Of a DNA stretch of 38,882 nucleotides, positions 25,099 through 34,424 are shown one piece after another. Under the pieces are notes generated by a model. That model worked only from the letters and a program-made list of their open reading frames with translations, was not told the DNA's origin and did no database searches. Each line of letters begins with the position of its first letter. Within the stretch, counting starts at the first letter, position 1. The stretch comes from a virus (taxonomy: Duplodnaviria; Caudoviricetes): the IMG/VR virus record IMGVR_UViG_3300005286_000494, positions 1 through 38,882 of that record; one strand, 5' to 3'. The position numbers and the translations under genes are program-made.

Positions 25099-25256
25099 CA
25101 CTTGCTGAACAAGGTTGGGGCCGCCCCGACATTATCGAGTCGGAATTACCTGCTATTTGGTTGCTACGTTATCGCTTCCTCAGTAATGCACGTGCGTCAT
25201 TGCACCCCTCAGGCATCCCCCTAAACGATGCCGACGACTGGAATAAGTTGTCATAG
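25017..25256 (+). CDS. -1 frameshift extension (gpGT-like) of the tail chaperone
   Basis: Heptamer CCCAAAA at 25017-25023; the -1 frame stays open to TAG at 25254-25256 (SERGDLLLAL...LAEQGWGRPDII...W). Confidence 0.75.
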   Translation, partial: PKSERGDLLLALQGFQGIAPPAWAETLTLAEQGWGRPDIIESELPAIWLLRYRFLSNARASLHPSGIPLNDADDWNKLS

Positions 25257-25289
25257 CGCCCTGAACAAAACAGGGCGCTAGGGGTGTAT

Positions 25290-28200
25290 ATGGCTGTTAC
25301 GATCACCATTAAAGGTACAGACGAAACACGTTCCGCTTTTACCGGTGTCATCGATGGACTTGATGATATCGGTAAGGCGGCCAATCAAGCCAACGGCCAA
25401 ACGACTGGCTTCTTTTCGGGCATGCTGCAAAGCGCTGCTGGCTTTCTGGCTGCCAATGTGATCGGATCAATCACCGCCTCGATCGGCGATGCGGTTGGCT
25501 CGATCTTTTCGTTTGCTTCTGATAGTCGCCAAGCTATTGCCGACCTTCAAGCTCAGCTAGGGATCACCCGCCAAGAGGCCGAACAATGGGGCGGCTTGGC
25601 TCAGGAGATCTTCGTCAACAACTGGGGCGATTCGATCGACGATGTCAATGCTGCCATTATTGATGTTCAGCAACAGTTCGAGACGCTTGGTGGGATTGGC
25701 CGCGACGAAACCCAAGAGCTAGTCCAAGGCGCAATCGCCCTGCGCGATGGTTTTGGCGGGCAGACAACTGAATACATTAGCGCAGCACGAACGCTAATGG
25801 AGCAGTTTGGTATCTCTGGCCAAGAGGCGCTCGACTTTATCACGAGCGGCATGCAGTCGGGCATGAATGCCTCTGGCGATTTCCTAGACACCATCGGCGA
25901 GTATTCTACTCAGTTTGCCCAGGGCGGCGCATCTGCTGAGCAGTTCTTCTCTACTCTTGAGACTGGTCTTGGATCGGGAGCGCTTGGCACCGATAAGGCC
26001 GCCGATCTCTTCAAAGAATTCACGCTGCGCATCACTGATGGTAGCAAGTCAACTGCCGAATCGCTTGAAGGTATTGGTCTAAGCGCGAGCTTTGTCGCTG
26101 ATCAGATCAATAGCGGCGCGATGACCAAGGCGGATGTATTCCAGCTGGTTATCGATCGACTGAGCGAGATGGATGACGCGGTTGCGCGCGACCAGCTCGC
26201 CGTCGGATTGCTCGGCACCCAATATGAAGATCTTGGCCTGGGCGCGGCCTTGGCGATCGATACAACCAATACCAAACTTAGCGACCTGAACGGCGCGACA
26301 GCTGGCCTAAGCGCCCAATATGACAACCTCGGCAAAGTTTGGGAGGGCATCAAGCGCAGTGCCTTAAGTGCGCTCCAGCCAATCGCTGATAGCCTGCTTG
26401 ATATCGCAAACGATTTGATGCCAAGCATTCAGGCTGGTTTTGAGAGTATCGCGTCTGTTATCGAGGATTTTTCAAGCGGCGTTGTAAGTGCAATCGATGT
26501 GATCATGGGCGTCATTTCCTCACTACGCGACGCCTGGCAATCTGACTTCAACGGCATTCGATCAACAGTTCAAAGTGCGCTCGGGGCTGTTCAAAGCACT
26601 ATCCAGAACATCCTAGGAGGGGTGCTTCAGTTCTGGACTGACAATGGGGCCGAGATTCAGGCCACCGTATTCTCTGTCTGGTCGAGCCTCTATACCACTA
26701 TTCAAAATGTTGTAAATGGCATTTGGGCAGTTGTTCAGCCAATTCTGCAAATCATTGCCCAGTTCTGGGCGGAAAACGGGGCCGAGATTCAGGCGACTGT
26801 TACGCAGGTCTATGGCCAGATTGGGCAAGTGATCCAATCTGTGATGGAGCTGATCAACGCAACGGTTGTGCCGATCTTGCAAGGGATTGGCAGCTTTATC
26901 GCCACCCATAGCGAAGAGATCAAGGCGCTTCTGGTTGGCGCTTGGGATATCATCGCAACCGTTATTACCACGGCGCTGAGCGTCATTCAAGGCACGATCA
27001 ATACCGTTATCGCAATCGTCCAGGGCGATTGGGGAACCGCTTGGGAGAATATCAAGCAGGTATGTGTCGATATCGTCGACGGCATTATCTCGATCGTCGA
27101 AACTGTTCTAGGCACCCTCGATGCCGTCTTTGGTGATGCGCTCGACGATGCCATCGATGCAGTTACCGGCTACATTCAAGACTTTATTGATGTGGGCCGC
27201 GACTTTGCCATGGGCATCGCCGACGGCTTTAAGCGCTCGCGCCAAGCCGTGATCGACGCCATTTGGGGCTCGATCAATGGCGTGATCAATTGGGTGAAGG
27301 AGCGACTTGGGATCGCATCGCCTTCTAAGGTTACGGCTGAGGTGATCGGCTTGCCCTTTATACAAGGCATCGTTGTTGGGATCGAGCGCGGCGAAGCAGC
27401 TCTCTATAATGCAGTGCGCAGGGTTGGGGACAATCTTCAAAAAGAGATCAACACAATGCGCGAGATGCTCGATGAGACGCTTGGTGCGATCTTTGAAGAT
27501 CAGTTGAATGCGAATGTTGGCTTGCTCGATACCGACCTAGGAAACGAGCGAGAACTCGCCAACATTCAGGGCGATGCTGCTAAGCGTCGCCAAGAGAAGC
27601 AGCGTGAACTAGAGGCGAACAGGGCGGCGCAGCGCGAGCTATATAGCCAACTTGAGGACGATTCTCTTAGCGATACCGAACGCCAGCGACTACAAAGCGA
27701 ATTAGATGAATTAAACGCACGTTCAGCTGCTCTACGAACTGAGATTGTCAGCCTAGCCAACATCCGCGATCAGCGCGTCAATTTGGCATTTCAAACCCGT
27801 CAGCAACTTGACCAGGCACGCCAAGAAGCTGACCAGTTGGCGCAGTTTGACCCCGAAGCTGCTGAGAAGCTGTATAGCCTACGTTCCAAATACATCACCG
27901 ATCTGGCCCAGATGCGCGCCGAGCAGATCGAGGCTGGCAACACTGGCGATGGAGTTTTGGTCAATCAACTAAACCGTCAGATTGCACTGACTGAGCAGAA
28001 GTACGAGGCTGAGCTTGCCCGTCTGAACAACCAGATGAATCGGGAAAGCGTACTGGCCGACTTACTCGATCAAGTGATTGTAACGAAACAAGCATATGAC
28101 CAGCAATCTCTAAATGATCCTGACAGTATGCGCCAAGGCATTGAATTCCGAAATGCCGTAGGGGAGTTCGCTGCATTTGTGGAGCGTCTTCAGGAACTCA

Positions 28201-28298
28201 ATTTTGGCAACTACAGCGTGACCATTAATGCCAATACATCAACAGATCCGATCATACAGAGCATTATGCAACTAGCAGCCATGAATCCATCAACATAA
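25290..28298 (+). CDS. Tape measure protein
   Basis: About 1000 aa; TMP core (DFLDTIGEYSTQF, DKAADLFKEF), periodic Trp repeats, LGIASPSKV motif. Confidence 0.95.
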   Translation: MAVTITIKGTDETRSAFTGVIDGLDDIGKAANQANGQTTGFFSGMLQSAAGFLAANVIGSITASIGDAVGSIFSFASDSRQAIADLQAQLGITRQEAEQWGGLAQEIFVNNWGDSIDDVNAAIIDVQQQFETLGGIGRDETQELVQGAIALRDGFGGQTTEYISAARTLMEQFGISGQEALDFITSGMQSGMNASGDFLDTIGEYSTQFAQGGASAEQFFSTLETGLGSGALGTDKAADLFKEFTLRITDGSKSTAESLEGIGLSASFVADQINSGAMTKADVFQLVIDRLSEMDDAVARDQLAVGLLGTQYEDLGLGAALAIDTTNTKLSDLNGATAGLSAQYDNLGKVWEGIKRSALSALQPIADSLLDIANDLMPSIQAGFESIASVIEDFSSGVVSAIDVIMGVISSLRDAWQSDFNGIRSTVQSALGAVQSTIQNILGGVLQFWTDNGAEIQATVFSVWSSLYTTIQNVVNGIWAVVQPILQIIAQFWAENGAEIQATVTQVYGQIGQVIQSVMELINATVVPILQGIGSFIATHSEEIKALLVGAWDIIATVITTALSVIQGTINTVIAIVQGDWGTAWENIKQVCVDIVDGIISIVETVLGTLDAVFGDALDDAIDAVTGYIQDFIDVGRDFAMGIADGFKRSRQAVIDAIWGSINGVINWVKERLGIASPSKVTAEVIGLPFIQGIVVGIERGEAALYNAVRRVGDNLQKEINTMREMLDETLGAIFEDQLNANVGLLDTDLGNERELANIQGDAAKRRQEKQRELEANRAAQRELYSQLEDDSLSDTERQRLQSELDELNARSAALRTEIVSLANIRDQRVNLAFQTRQQLDQARQEADQLAQFDPEAAEKLYSLRSKYITDLAQMRAEQIEAGNTGDGVLVNQLNRQIALTEQKYEAELARLNNQMNRESVLADLLDQVIVTKQAYDQQSLNDPDSMRQGIEFRNAVGEFAAFVERLQELNFGNYSVTINANTSTDPIIQSIMQLAAMNPST

Positions 28299-28307
28299 GG
28301 GTTAATT

Positions 28308-30674
28308 ATGGGACTATGGAACATCATTCAACCTAAGGCAACGGTCAACTTGATAAGCAACCCATCGTTTGAGAAGAATACAACCGGTTGGAGCGCCGGC
28401 GCTGGCAGCATTGCTCGCTCAACTGACGAGCAGCGATTTGGACTATACAGCCTGCGCTGGAGTCCAGCTGCAGCGCCGTTTGACGCTGTGTCATATGGTG
28501 ATGTCACTCTCGCCGACGGCTTCACCTATACCTTTTCGCTCTATGTGAAGGCAGCTCTAGGAGTTGCCTACCGAATCTATATCGGTAGCACCGGCGGGAG
28601 CGTTATTGGCACACCAACAAGCTTTGTAGGCACAGGTCAGTGGCAACGGGTTATCGTAATTTTGCCTAACGCAGCTCCAGCGACACGCCGACTCTATCTC
28701 TCGAAAGACAACAACGCGAATCAGGAGGATGTCTACATCGACGGTGTGCAGCTGGAGGAAGTCGATGGTCAGCTGCCTGGCGTGTTCATTGGCGCAACAA
28801 CCTATTGCGATGGTGATCAACCAGGGTGTAAATGGCGCGGCCTCGCCCAAGCTTCACGCTCAGAGCGCTCTGGCCAGAGCGGCGCAGGCGGCATCGTTAG
28901 GAATCTCGACGAGTTCCACGTATACGTTCAGGAGGTCGGCGGAACGGGTATGCCCGGCGTAACAAATGTAGCGACTACATTTAGCATGGCTGATGGTGGA
29001 TTGTTTCAGCGCACAATCGCTAAGCCACGTTTTTTCACCCTCATGCTGAGCGGGTACAACGAATCGAATAACTCGCTGATAGGTCTGCACCAGCTACGCC
29101 AAGATGTGATCGACGTGATCAAGCCGGATCGTCTCGGCCAGCAGCAGCCGTTTATTCTGGAATACATCGGCGGCGAGCATCCTGTTCGCATCGCGGCATT
29201 TTACGATGCTGGCCTTGAGTGGCAAGACCACAAAGGCTTTAGCCAAACTATCGGCCTGCGCTGCGTTGCATATGATCCCTACTGGTTTAGCGAATTCGAT
29301 TCGGGCCAGGTGCTCCAGACAAGCACAACGCTAAGCAGCCCGAACTATGCCCTCTTAAAAGTAGATGGCGCTTGGCGCAAGTTAGGAACAGGGCTCAACG
29401 ATATCGCGCTGACGGCGTATAGAGCGCCCGACGGGGCGCTCTATGTGGGTGGCATTTTCACCACCGCCGGTGGAACAACCGTGAACCGAATCGCGAAATG
29501 GAATGGTTCTGCTTGGTCTGCTCTTGGCAGCGGCTGTAATGGACCGGTTGTAAAGATCATCGGAGACGGAACCGATAGCGGTATCTATGTGGTCGGTACA
29601 TTCACCACCGCCGGTGGAACAACCGTGAACCGAATCGCGCATTGGAACGGTTCTGCCTGGTCTGCTCTTGGCAGCGGCTGTAACAATACCGTATATGACG
29701 GGGTGCTCCACCCTAACGGGTTGTTATATGTGTGTGGGAACTTCTCTACCGCAGGCGGTGTGTCAGCATCTTTTGTTGCTGCCTGGGATGGCGCGAGCTG
29801 GTCTGCTCTTGACAGTGGCTTGTCTGGTGGTGGCGGATCGGAAGCGCGTAGTATGGCTGTCGGCTTGGATGGAAAGGTTTATGTAAGCGGTACTTTTACC
29901 GCTCCATTTACTAATAACGCAGCTTGGGATCCTATCAGTCAGTTATGGAATGCTGTCCCAGGTGGCCCATCAGCCACCACTTCGGGACTAGTAACTCGAG
30001 CCGACGGCGCTATCATTAACAACGCAGTCTTCACAGATCCTGTTTCCGGCACAAGTGTAGAGGGCGCGCTGTGGAACGGTGTCGCCTGGAGACGGTTAGA
30101 GCCATTTAATACCGATATCATTCGGCGTGTGAGTGTTGACGACGAGTTTGCCTATCTGGCCGGTCAGATCACCAAGTTTGGCGGCATTCAACCGTTTCAG
30201 ATCTGGACTGGATCATACTTCATTCCTGTTGACGTGCTAACTTCAACAGAAGGGCAGCTTATCCAGATACTGCTTGATGGCAGTATTTTCGCCAGCTTTA
30301 ACAGTGCGCCGACAGCATATGGCGCTGCGCAAACCAGCGTGCTCAATGAGGGTACGAGTGTAGCGTGGCCACGCTTGAGCATCACTGGCCCGGGCCAGTT
30401 GACCAGCATTATCAACCAGACCACAGGTGACGCACTCTATTTTTCAAACCTCACACTCCAGGCGAACGAGATACTTTTGATCGATCTGCGCATCGGTATA
30501 AAGACATTTCGATCCAATATGCGCGACTGCATAACCTATCTCAGTCCGGCGTCAGACTTGTCAACGTTCAGACTGTTGCCTGGTGAAAATACGATCAGTG
30601 TACTAGCACCTGGCTGTACTGCTAACATTGTGTGGCAGGAGCGGCACTGGTCGATCGACGGAGGCGCGGTATGA
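28308..30674 (+). CDS. Distal tail (Dit-like) protein with N-terminal CBM-like domain and inserted beta-propeller repeats
   Basis: NLISNPSFE...IDGVQLE domain; AYDPYW and N.G...AWP...ITGP...F.LLPGENTI Dit-like halves; LYVGG.FTTAGG...N.IA.WNGS.WSALG repeats. Confidence 0.8.
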   Translation: MGLWNIIQPKATVNLISNPSFEKNTTGWSAGAGSIARSTDEQRFGLYSLRWSPAAAPFDAVSYGDVTLADGFTYTFSLYVKAALGVAYRIYIGSTGGSVIGTPTSFVGTGQWQRVIVILPNAAPATRRLYLSKDNNANQEDVYIDGVQLEEVDGQLPGVFIGATTYCDGDQPGCKWRGLAQASRSERSGQSGAGGIVRNLDEFHVYVQEVGGTGMPGVTNVATTFSMADGGLFQRTIAKPRFFTLMLSGYNESNNSLIGLHQLRQDVIDVIKPDRLGQQQPFILEYIGGEHPVRIAAFYDAGLEWQDHKGFSQTIGLRCVAYDPYWFSEFDSGQVLQTSTTLSSPNYALLKVDGAWRKLGTGLNDIALTAYRAPDGALYVGGIFTTAGGTTVNRIAKWNGSAWSALGSGCNGPVVKIIGDGTDSGIYVVGTFTTAGGTTVNRIAHWNGSAWSALGSGCNNTVYDGVLHPNGLLYVCGNFSTAGGVSASFVAAWDGASWSALDSGLSGGGGSEARSMAVGLDGKVYVSGTFTAPFTNNAAWDPISQLWNAVPGGPSATTSGLVTRADGAIINNAVFTDPVSGTSVEGALWNGVAWRRLEPFNTDIIRRVSVDDEFAYLAGQITKFGGIQPFQIWTGSYFIPVDVLTSTEGQLIQILLDGSIFASFNSAPTAYGAAQTSVLNEGTSVAWPRLSITGPGQLTSIINQTTGDALYFSNLTLQANEILLIDLRIGIKTFRSNMRDCITYLSPASDLSTFRLLPGENTISVLAPGCTANIVWQERHWSIDGGAV
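29457..29683 (+). repeat. Near-identical 83-bp intragenic direct repeat (propeller blade duplication)
   Basis: 29457-29539 vs 29601-29683; 4 differences; 144-bp period. Confidence 0.9.
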
Positions 30675-31756
30675 CGACGAGATATGAAGTTCGCATTCTC
30701 AGCAGTCAAGGCGTTCTCCTAAAAATTCTTGACCGCTTTACCAGCCTCCAAATCACCCATGGGCTCAATGCAATCGGCACACTTGCGCTGACCCTTCCAA
30801 CTGGCATCATCGAATCGTATTTTGTTGAACCTGACACACGGATCGAGGTCTGGAGGAGTGTTACAAATGGCCCACTTAAGCCAGTCTTGAATCAAACTTG
30901 GTTTTGTCGCAAGCCGGTCATAAGTTATGGAAGCGGCAGTTATACCACAACCATCAACGCGCAATCGGCGCTCTCGCTGCTCGATACCCGTATTATCAAC
31001 ACATATGAAGGGACGGCCCAGGCAGACAAAACTGGGCCAGCAGATAACATCATCAAAGCCTATTGCCGTGAAGCGCTTGGAGGTTTAGCGAGTAGCGATC
31101 GCTCACTAAGCGCTTGGCTTGATATCGAAACAAATACCAGTCAAGCTCCAAGCGTCTCGGCGGCTGCTAGTCGAAAACCCTTGCTGCAAGTCTGCAAAGA
31201 GATCGCCCAAGACTCTGCGTCGTCTGGAACGCGCCTCTATTTCGATATCATTGGCGCTGGAGGAACCAAGTTTGGGTTCTGCACCTGGACAAATATTGCT
31301 GGCATCGATCGACGATCACAGTTGACCCTCTCGCCTGAATTCGGGAACCTCGACAATGTCACATGGACGCGCGATTTTGAAAGCGAGCGCACGGTTGTGA
31401 TCGCTGGCGGCGCTGGCCAAGGGGCGAATCGCATTATTCAAACGGCTGCCAATACAGCAGCTCTGCAAGTAAGCCCGTTTGCGCGGCGCGAGCTGTTTGT
31501 GAACGCTAGTCAAGCCGAGACGAATGACGCCGTGTTAGGCTATGCGCGCAGCCAAATGCGCGCTAATCGGGCGCGCCAAACGTTGACAGGCACCATCATT
31601 CAAAACGCATCTACCATCTTTGGGATTCATTGGGGGCTAGGCGATCTGGTGCGCGGCCAGATCCTTGATACGGTGCTTGATTGCATGATCGAAGCGGTTT
31701 CTATTCGTGTTCAAGATGGCCTTGAGACTATCACTGGTCAGTTGAGGAGCATCTAA
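30671..31756 (+). CDS. Siphovirus baseplate hub / Tal-like protein (ReqiPepy6 gp37-like)
   Basis: S.EFGNL, V.AGGAGQGA.R, RRE.FV.A, FG.HW.LGD.V motifs; follows Dit. Confidence 0.85.
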   Translation: MTTRYEVRILSSQGVLLKILDRFTSLQITHGLNAIGTLALTLPTGIIESYFVEPDTRIEVWRSVTNGPLKPVLNQTWFCRKPVISYGSGSYTTTINAQSALSLLDTRIINTYEGTAQADKTGPADNIIKAYCREALGGLASSDRSLSAWLDIETNTSQAPSVSAAASRKPLLQVCKEIAQDSASSGTRLYFDIIGAGGTKFGFCTWTNIAGIDRRSQLTLSPEFGNLDNVTWTRDFESERTVVIAGGAGQGANRIIQTAANTAALQVSPFARRELFVNASQAETNDAVLGYARSQMRANRARQTLTGTIIQNASTIFGIHWGLGDLVRGQILDTVLDCMIEAVSIRVQDGLETITGQLRSI

Positions 31757-32326
31757 ATGGACGCAGAAACCGCACTACGGCTCATTGACCTCGACCAGCG
31801 CTTAAAGGGCATTGAGGTGTTGAGTCGGCCCTTCACCGATTCAGGGTCAAGCTTTCCAACAACGCAGCTCTTTGTTGGCCGTCGCTTCTTCCGCACCGAT
31901 CTCTTGATGAATTTTATTTTTGATGGCACTCGTTGGTGGGCTGATAGTGAACAGAGTTTTGTTATAAACGAACAGGCTCTCTTTTCGGCCAATGGGAATA
32001 CCGTCCCACGCATCCTTATTTGCTCATTGCCGTCGCGCATCGTTGCCGTATCATTCGGCATCTTTGTAGCGACCTCAAACAACGCCAGCAACTTTTGGAG
32101 CATAGAGGTCCAAGCCGTCAATGATGCTTTTTCAACACACACCAGCGTGTTGACGGTCACAACCGCATCGATCGCGCCAAACACCAACACGCGCGTGCAG
32201 CAGGCAGCAACCACGCCTGAACCGGGGCTTGGGCGTGTCATATATCGGCTCGGCCTGACTAAGACAGGCAGTCCAGGCGACCTTCGCATTATGAGCTCGT
32301 TTAGTTACCGTTTGGTATCAACATAG
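31757..32326 (+). CDS. Minor tail / virion protein
   Basis: Short coiled coil, FP...G.RFFRTD...F.FDG.RW motif, beta-rich C-terminus. Confidence 0.7.
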   Translation: MDAETALRLIDLDQRLKGIEVLSRPFTDSGSSFPTTQLFVGRRFFRTDLLMNFIFDGTRWWADSEQSFVINEQALFSANGNTVPRILICSLPSRIVAVSFGIFVATSNNASNFWSIEVQAVNDAFSTHTSVLTVTTASIAPNTNTRVQQAATTPEPGLGRVIYRLGLTKTGSPGDLRIMSSFSYRLVST

Positions 32327-32339
32327 GAGGATATCACTA

Positions 32340-32786
32340 ATGATCGATACAACCGAAAAGCGGCGTACAGCTGCTCGCGACCTGATCACACAGTCCGATC
32401 TGCTGATGCGATCAGTCAACGCGCTGCGCGAGCTCAGCGAGACGGTTGCAAGCGCTGGCCTAGTCTTTGAAGACGAAGATTTTGCAGGCCAACCAGGGCT
32501 GGAGCATGTCAATGCTGACATCATCAACAATGTGCTCAATAATGCCGTAGCCCTTCATAACCATGCGTCTTCACACAAAGCAAACCCCCTACCATTTCGG
32601 CTGGTAGGGGGTTTTGTTGGGGCGGGAGGCAGGACTCGAACCTACAACACTCCCACAAAAGTGGGGGCCATACCACTAGGCGACTCTCGCCATAGAGGTA
32701 GTTACCGCCGCATCGTTCCAGCCTTTGTTGTAGATAAACAACGAGAACATAATCGCCAAGAGACAACCTTGCACGGGAGGCGGTAG
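32340..32786 (+). CDS. Last late gene, hypothetical; the C-terminal half is probably non-native read-through
   Basis: AGGAGG RBS. After about codon 75 the frame runs through a terminator, the antisense of a tRNA-like gene and an opposite-strand ORF. Confidence 0.55.
   Translation: MIDTTEKRRTAARDLITQSDLLMRSVNALRELSETVASAGLVFEDEDFAGQPGLEHVNADIINNVLNNAVALHNHASSHKANPLPFRLVGGFVGAGGRTRTYNTPTKVGAIPLGDSRHRGSYRRIVPAFVVDKQREHNRQETTLHGRR
32582..32615. terminator. Bidirectional intrinsic terminator between the late operon and the right-end module
   Basis: AAACCCCCTACCA-TTTCGGC-TGGTAGGGGGTTT with T-rich runs on both strands. Confidence 0.85.
32618..32691 (-). ncRNA. tRNA-His-like RNA with a non-canonical (4-nt loop) anticodon arm
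   Basis: GGCGAGAG-TC-GCCTAGTGGTATGGC-C-CCCACTTTTGTGGG-AGTGTT-GTAGGTTCGAGTCCTGC-CTCCCGCC-CCA: 8-position acceptor stem with G-1:C73 and one A-C mismatch, D arm, canonical T arm, encoded CCA. Confidence 0.8.
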
Positions 32787-32864
32787 GGTTTGGAGCAGAT
32801 GCCAGAAAATGCTTAGAATAAAGATAATAACCAGCCCAATGCCATAGATGATCTCTGCCATCAT
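32676..32864 (-). CDS. Small 2-TM membrane protein (KGWNDA motif)
   Basis: GGAGG RBS, ATGA coupling; homologous to ORF 38652-38882; stop codon lies inside the tRNA-like RNA. Confidence 0.75.
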   Translation of the reverse strand: MMAEIIYGIGLVIIFILSIFWHLLQTLPPPVQGCLLAIMFSLFIYNKGWNDAAVTTSMARVA

Positions 32865-33580
32865 TCCGCCTCCAAAGTATGCATAGTTGCCATCACACTC
32901 GGATCTTTTGCAAGGATACGTAGCAAGCTTCCTAATTGCTGTTGAGGATGGGTAATCAACAGCTGACCTGCTTGGCGTGGCCCTCGGCCTGTGATGATTT
33001 TCGCCTGGGCTAACAGATTCAAAAAGGCCGCTGCACTATCTTGGGTAAAGGTCATCACCTTCATATCGCGATGCTCAACACGCACCCACAACCCATGCTG
33101 TTGCAGCTGGTCGACCGTCAAGCGGCTCGGCTGTGAAACCAGAAGAGCGGCATATGCCAACAGCATGGAGCGCAGATCGAGCGGGTTGTACTCCCATTCG
33201 CTGACTTGTTGTGCAATCACACGACCATCACCAGCTGTGAACTGCTCCAGCATCGCGTAGTGCCAATCGTCGACGCGCGCATAATAGCGTGTAACCCCGC
33301 TGGTCAAGACAGAGCGCAAGCTCCAGAACCACGACGTCCCACCATAAATAAGTGCCCCGCCGACAATAACACCAAGCGAATTCCAACCGCTCCACTCGCC
33401 ATACGGTCCAGGCAATGACACAATAAAGAGGATGCCGCCGAGCGCTGCCACCACCACGCCGAGCAGAGCTACCCCAAAGAGTGGGAGCAGCTCGCGCCAC
33501 TGTGGCCGACCTGCTTCGTTGAGATCCATCGGCCCACTGGCCGGCGCTGAAACGGTGGTTGTTGTTCGCCCCGAGAACAT
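32861..33580 (-). CDS. Membrane protein with 2 TM helices and a possible C-terminal winged-helix domain
   Basis: AGGAGG RBS; TQDSAAAFLNLLAQAKIITG resembles a wHTH recognition helix and wing. Confidence 0.75.
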   Translation of the reverse strand: MFSGRTTTTVSAPASGPMDLNEAGRPQWRELLPLFGVALLGVVVAALGGILFIVSLPGPYGEWSGWNSLGVIVGGALIYGGTSWFWSLRSVLTSGVTRYYARVDDWHYAMLEQFTAGDGRVIAQQVSEWEYNPLDLRSMLLAYAALLVSQPSRLTVDQLQQHGLWVRVEHRDMKVMTFTQDSAAAFLNLLAQAKIITGRGPRQAGQLLITHPQQQLGSLLRILAKDPSVMATMHTLEAE

Positions 33581-33589
33581 ACGCGCCTC

Positions 33590-34222
33590 CTAATCCTTTA
33601 CACCATTTGTGTCTGTCGGCTGTTCTTGCTGTCTCACAACAGGCACGTCAGGAGACAGGACAATCGTTTTACCTGTTATCTGCCGCTTGCGTCTTGAACA
33701 GGCCGAGTATTCTGCCAACGTCTCGTGTGTGCCATTGCAGGCCTTACATTTCCCGATAAAATGCGGTTTTAAGCGTTCCCCGTCGCTTCCGACAGCGTTT
33801 TGCTCCTGATGTAAAGACTTTTTCGGCTGGGAAAGATGAAAATTGTAGGGCAGCATCACCGCAACCATCGCACAATGGAGCCACGGCCAATCTTCACCAG
33901 CGTGAATCGCGTAACTAATCAGACCAGAAAAGACCGCAGCAGCAACCAGTGTTACCCACGTCCACTTGCCTGAACGGCCTAAGCGCACGCCTGCAAGGGT
34001 TGCTACTAATACCCCATCCATAGAGATAGCAGCAGCGATCGCACCGGCCACAATGACAAGCGGCAACACATCGCCAACAAAGGAAGGAAGGCTCATGAAG
34101 ATCCCAGGCGCTTTCAGGCCGATCATACTAATGGCATACCACAGAGCGAGGTTCAAGCCATTGGATAAACCAAGAGCCCAGAGCGGCCAGGTCTCCCATT
34201 TTGCCAATGATTGCTCAGTCAT
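33590..34222 (-). CDS. 4-TM membrane protein, SpdA/DUF2637-like, with C-terminal CxxC...HxxC-like Zn motif
   Basis: AISMDGVLVA...R.GR..W.W..L......S......HA pattern; CKAC...H.......C. Family assignment by eye. Confidence 0.65.
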   Translation of the reverse strand: MTEQSLAKWETWPLWALGLSNGLNLALWYAISMIGLKAPGIFMSLPSFVGDVLPLVIVAGAIAAAISMDGVLVATLAGVRLGRSGKWTWVTLVAAAVFSGLISYAIHAGEDWPWLHCAMVAVMLPYNFHLSQPKKSLHQEQNAVGSDGERLKPHFIGKCKACNGTHETLAEYSACSRRKRQITGKTIVLSPDVPVVRQQEQPTDTNGVKD

Positions 34223-34424
34223 CACAATTGCCCCCAAGAATAAGCAATGACGAAAGGTCCAAACGATAATCCAAATACGTTATTTGCACATACAATCCAA
34301 AACGACCAAAATACCTGGCGACGAATAACAAGAACGCCTTAGCCGATCTGAAAGCATCTTTCTTTCATACTTCGCCATTTCTTGTGTGGGGCGGCAACTA
34401 TCTACCGCCCACTGCAACTTATAC

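Noticed and set aside
29457-29683. Near-identical repeat in a tail gene as a DGR template/variable repeat pair
   Set aside because: No reverse transcriptase in the window, two of the four differences are T/C rather than at adenines, and both copies are in-frame propeller blades.
92-32289. Many opposite-strand or off-frame ORFs in the six-frame track (for example 2141-2752, 17022-17822, 24520-25101, 31753-32289)
   Set aside because: They are shadows of well-supported genes in GC-rich DNA, without RBS or recognisable motifs.
32618-32645. tRNA-like 3' end as a second att site
   Set aside because: Opposite orientation, and it does not contain the 16-bp core; the true attR is at 35250-35265.
32618-32691. 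Canonical tRNA-Gln(TTG) or tRNA-His(GTG) call
   Set aside because: Forcing a 7-nt loop around either anticodon leaves only about two pairs in the anticodon stem.
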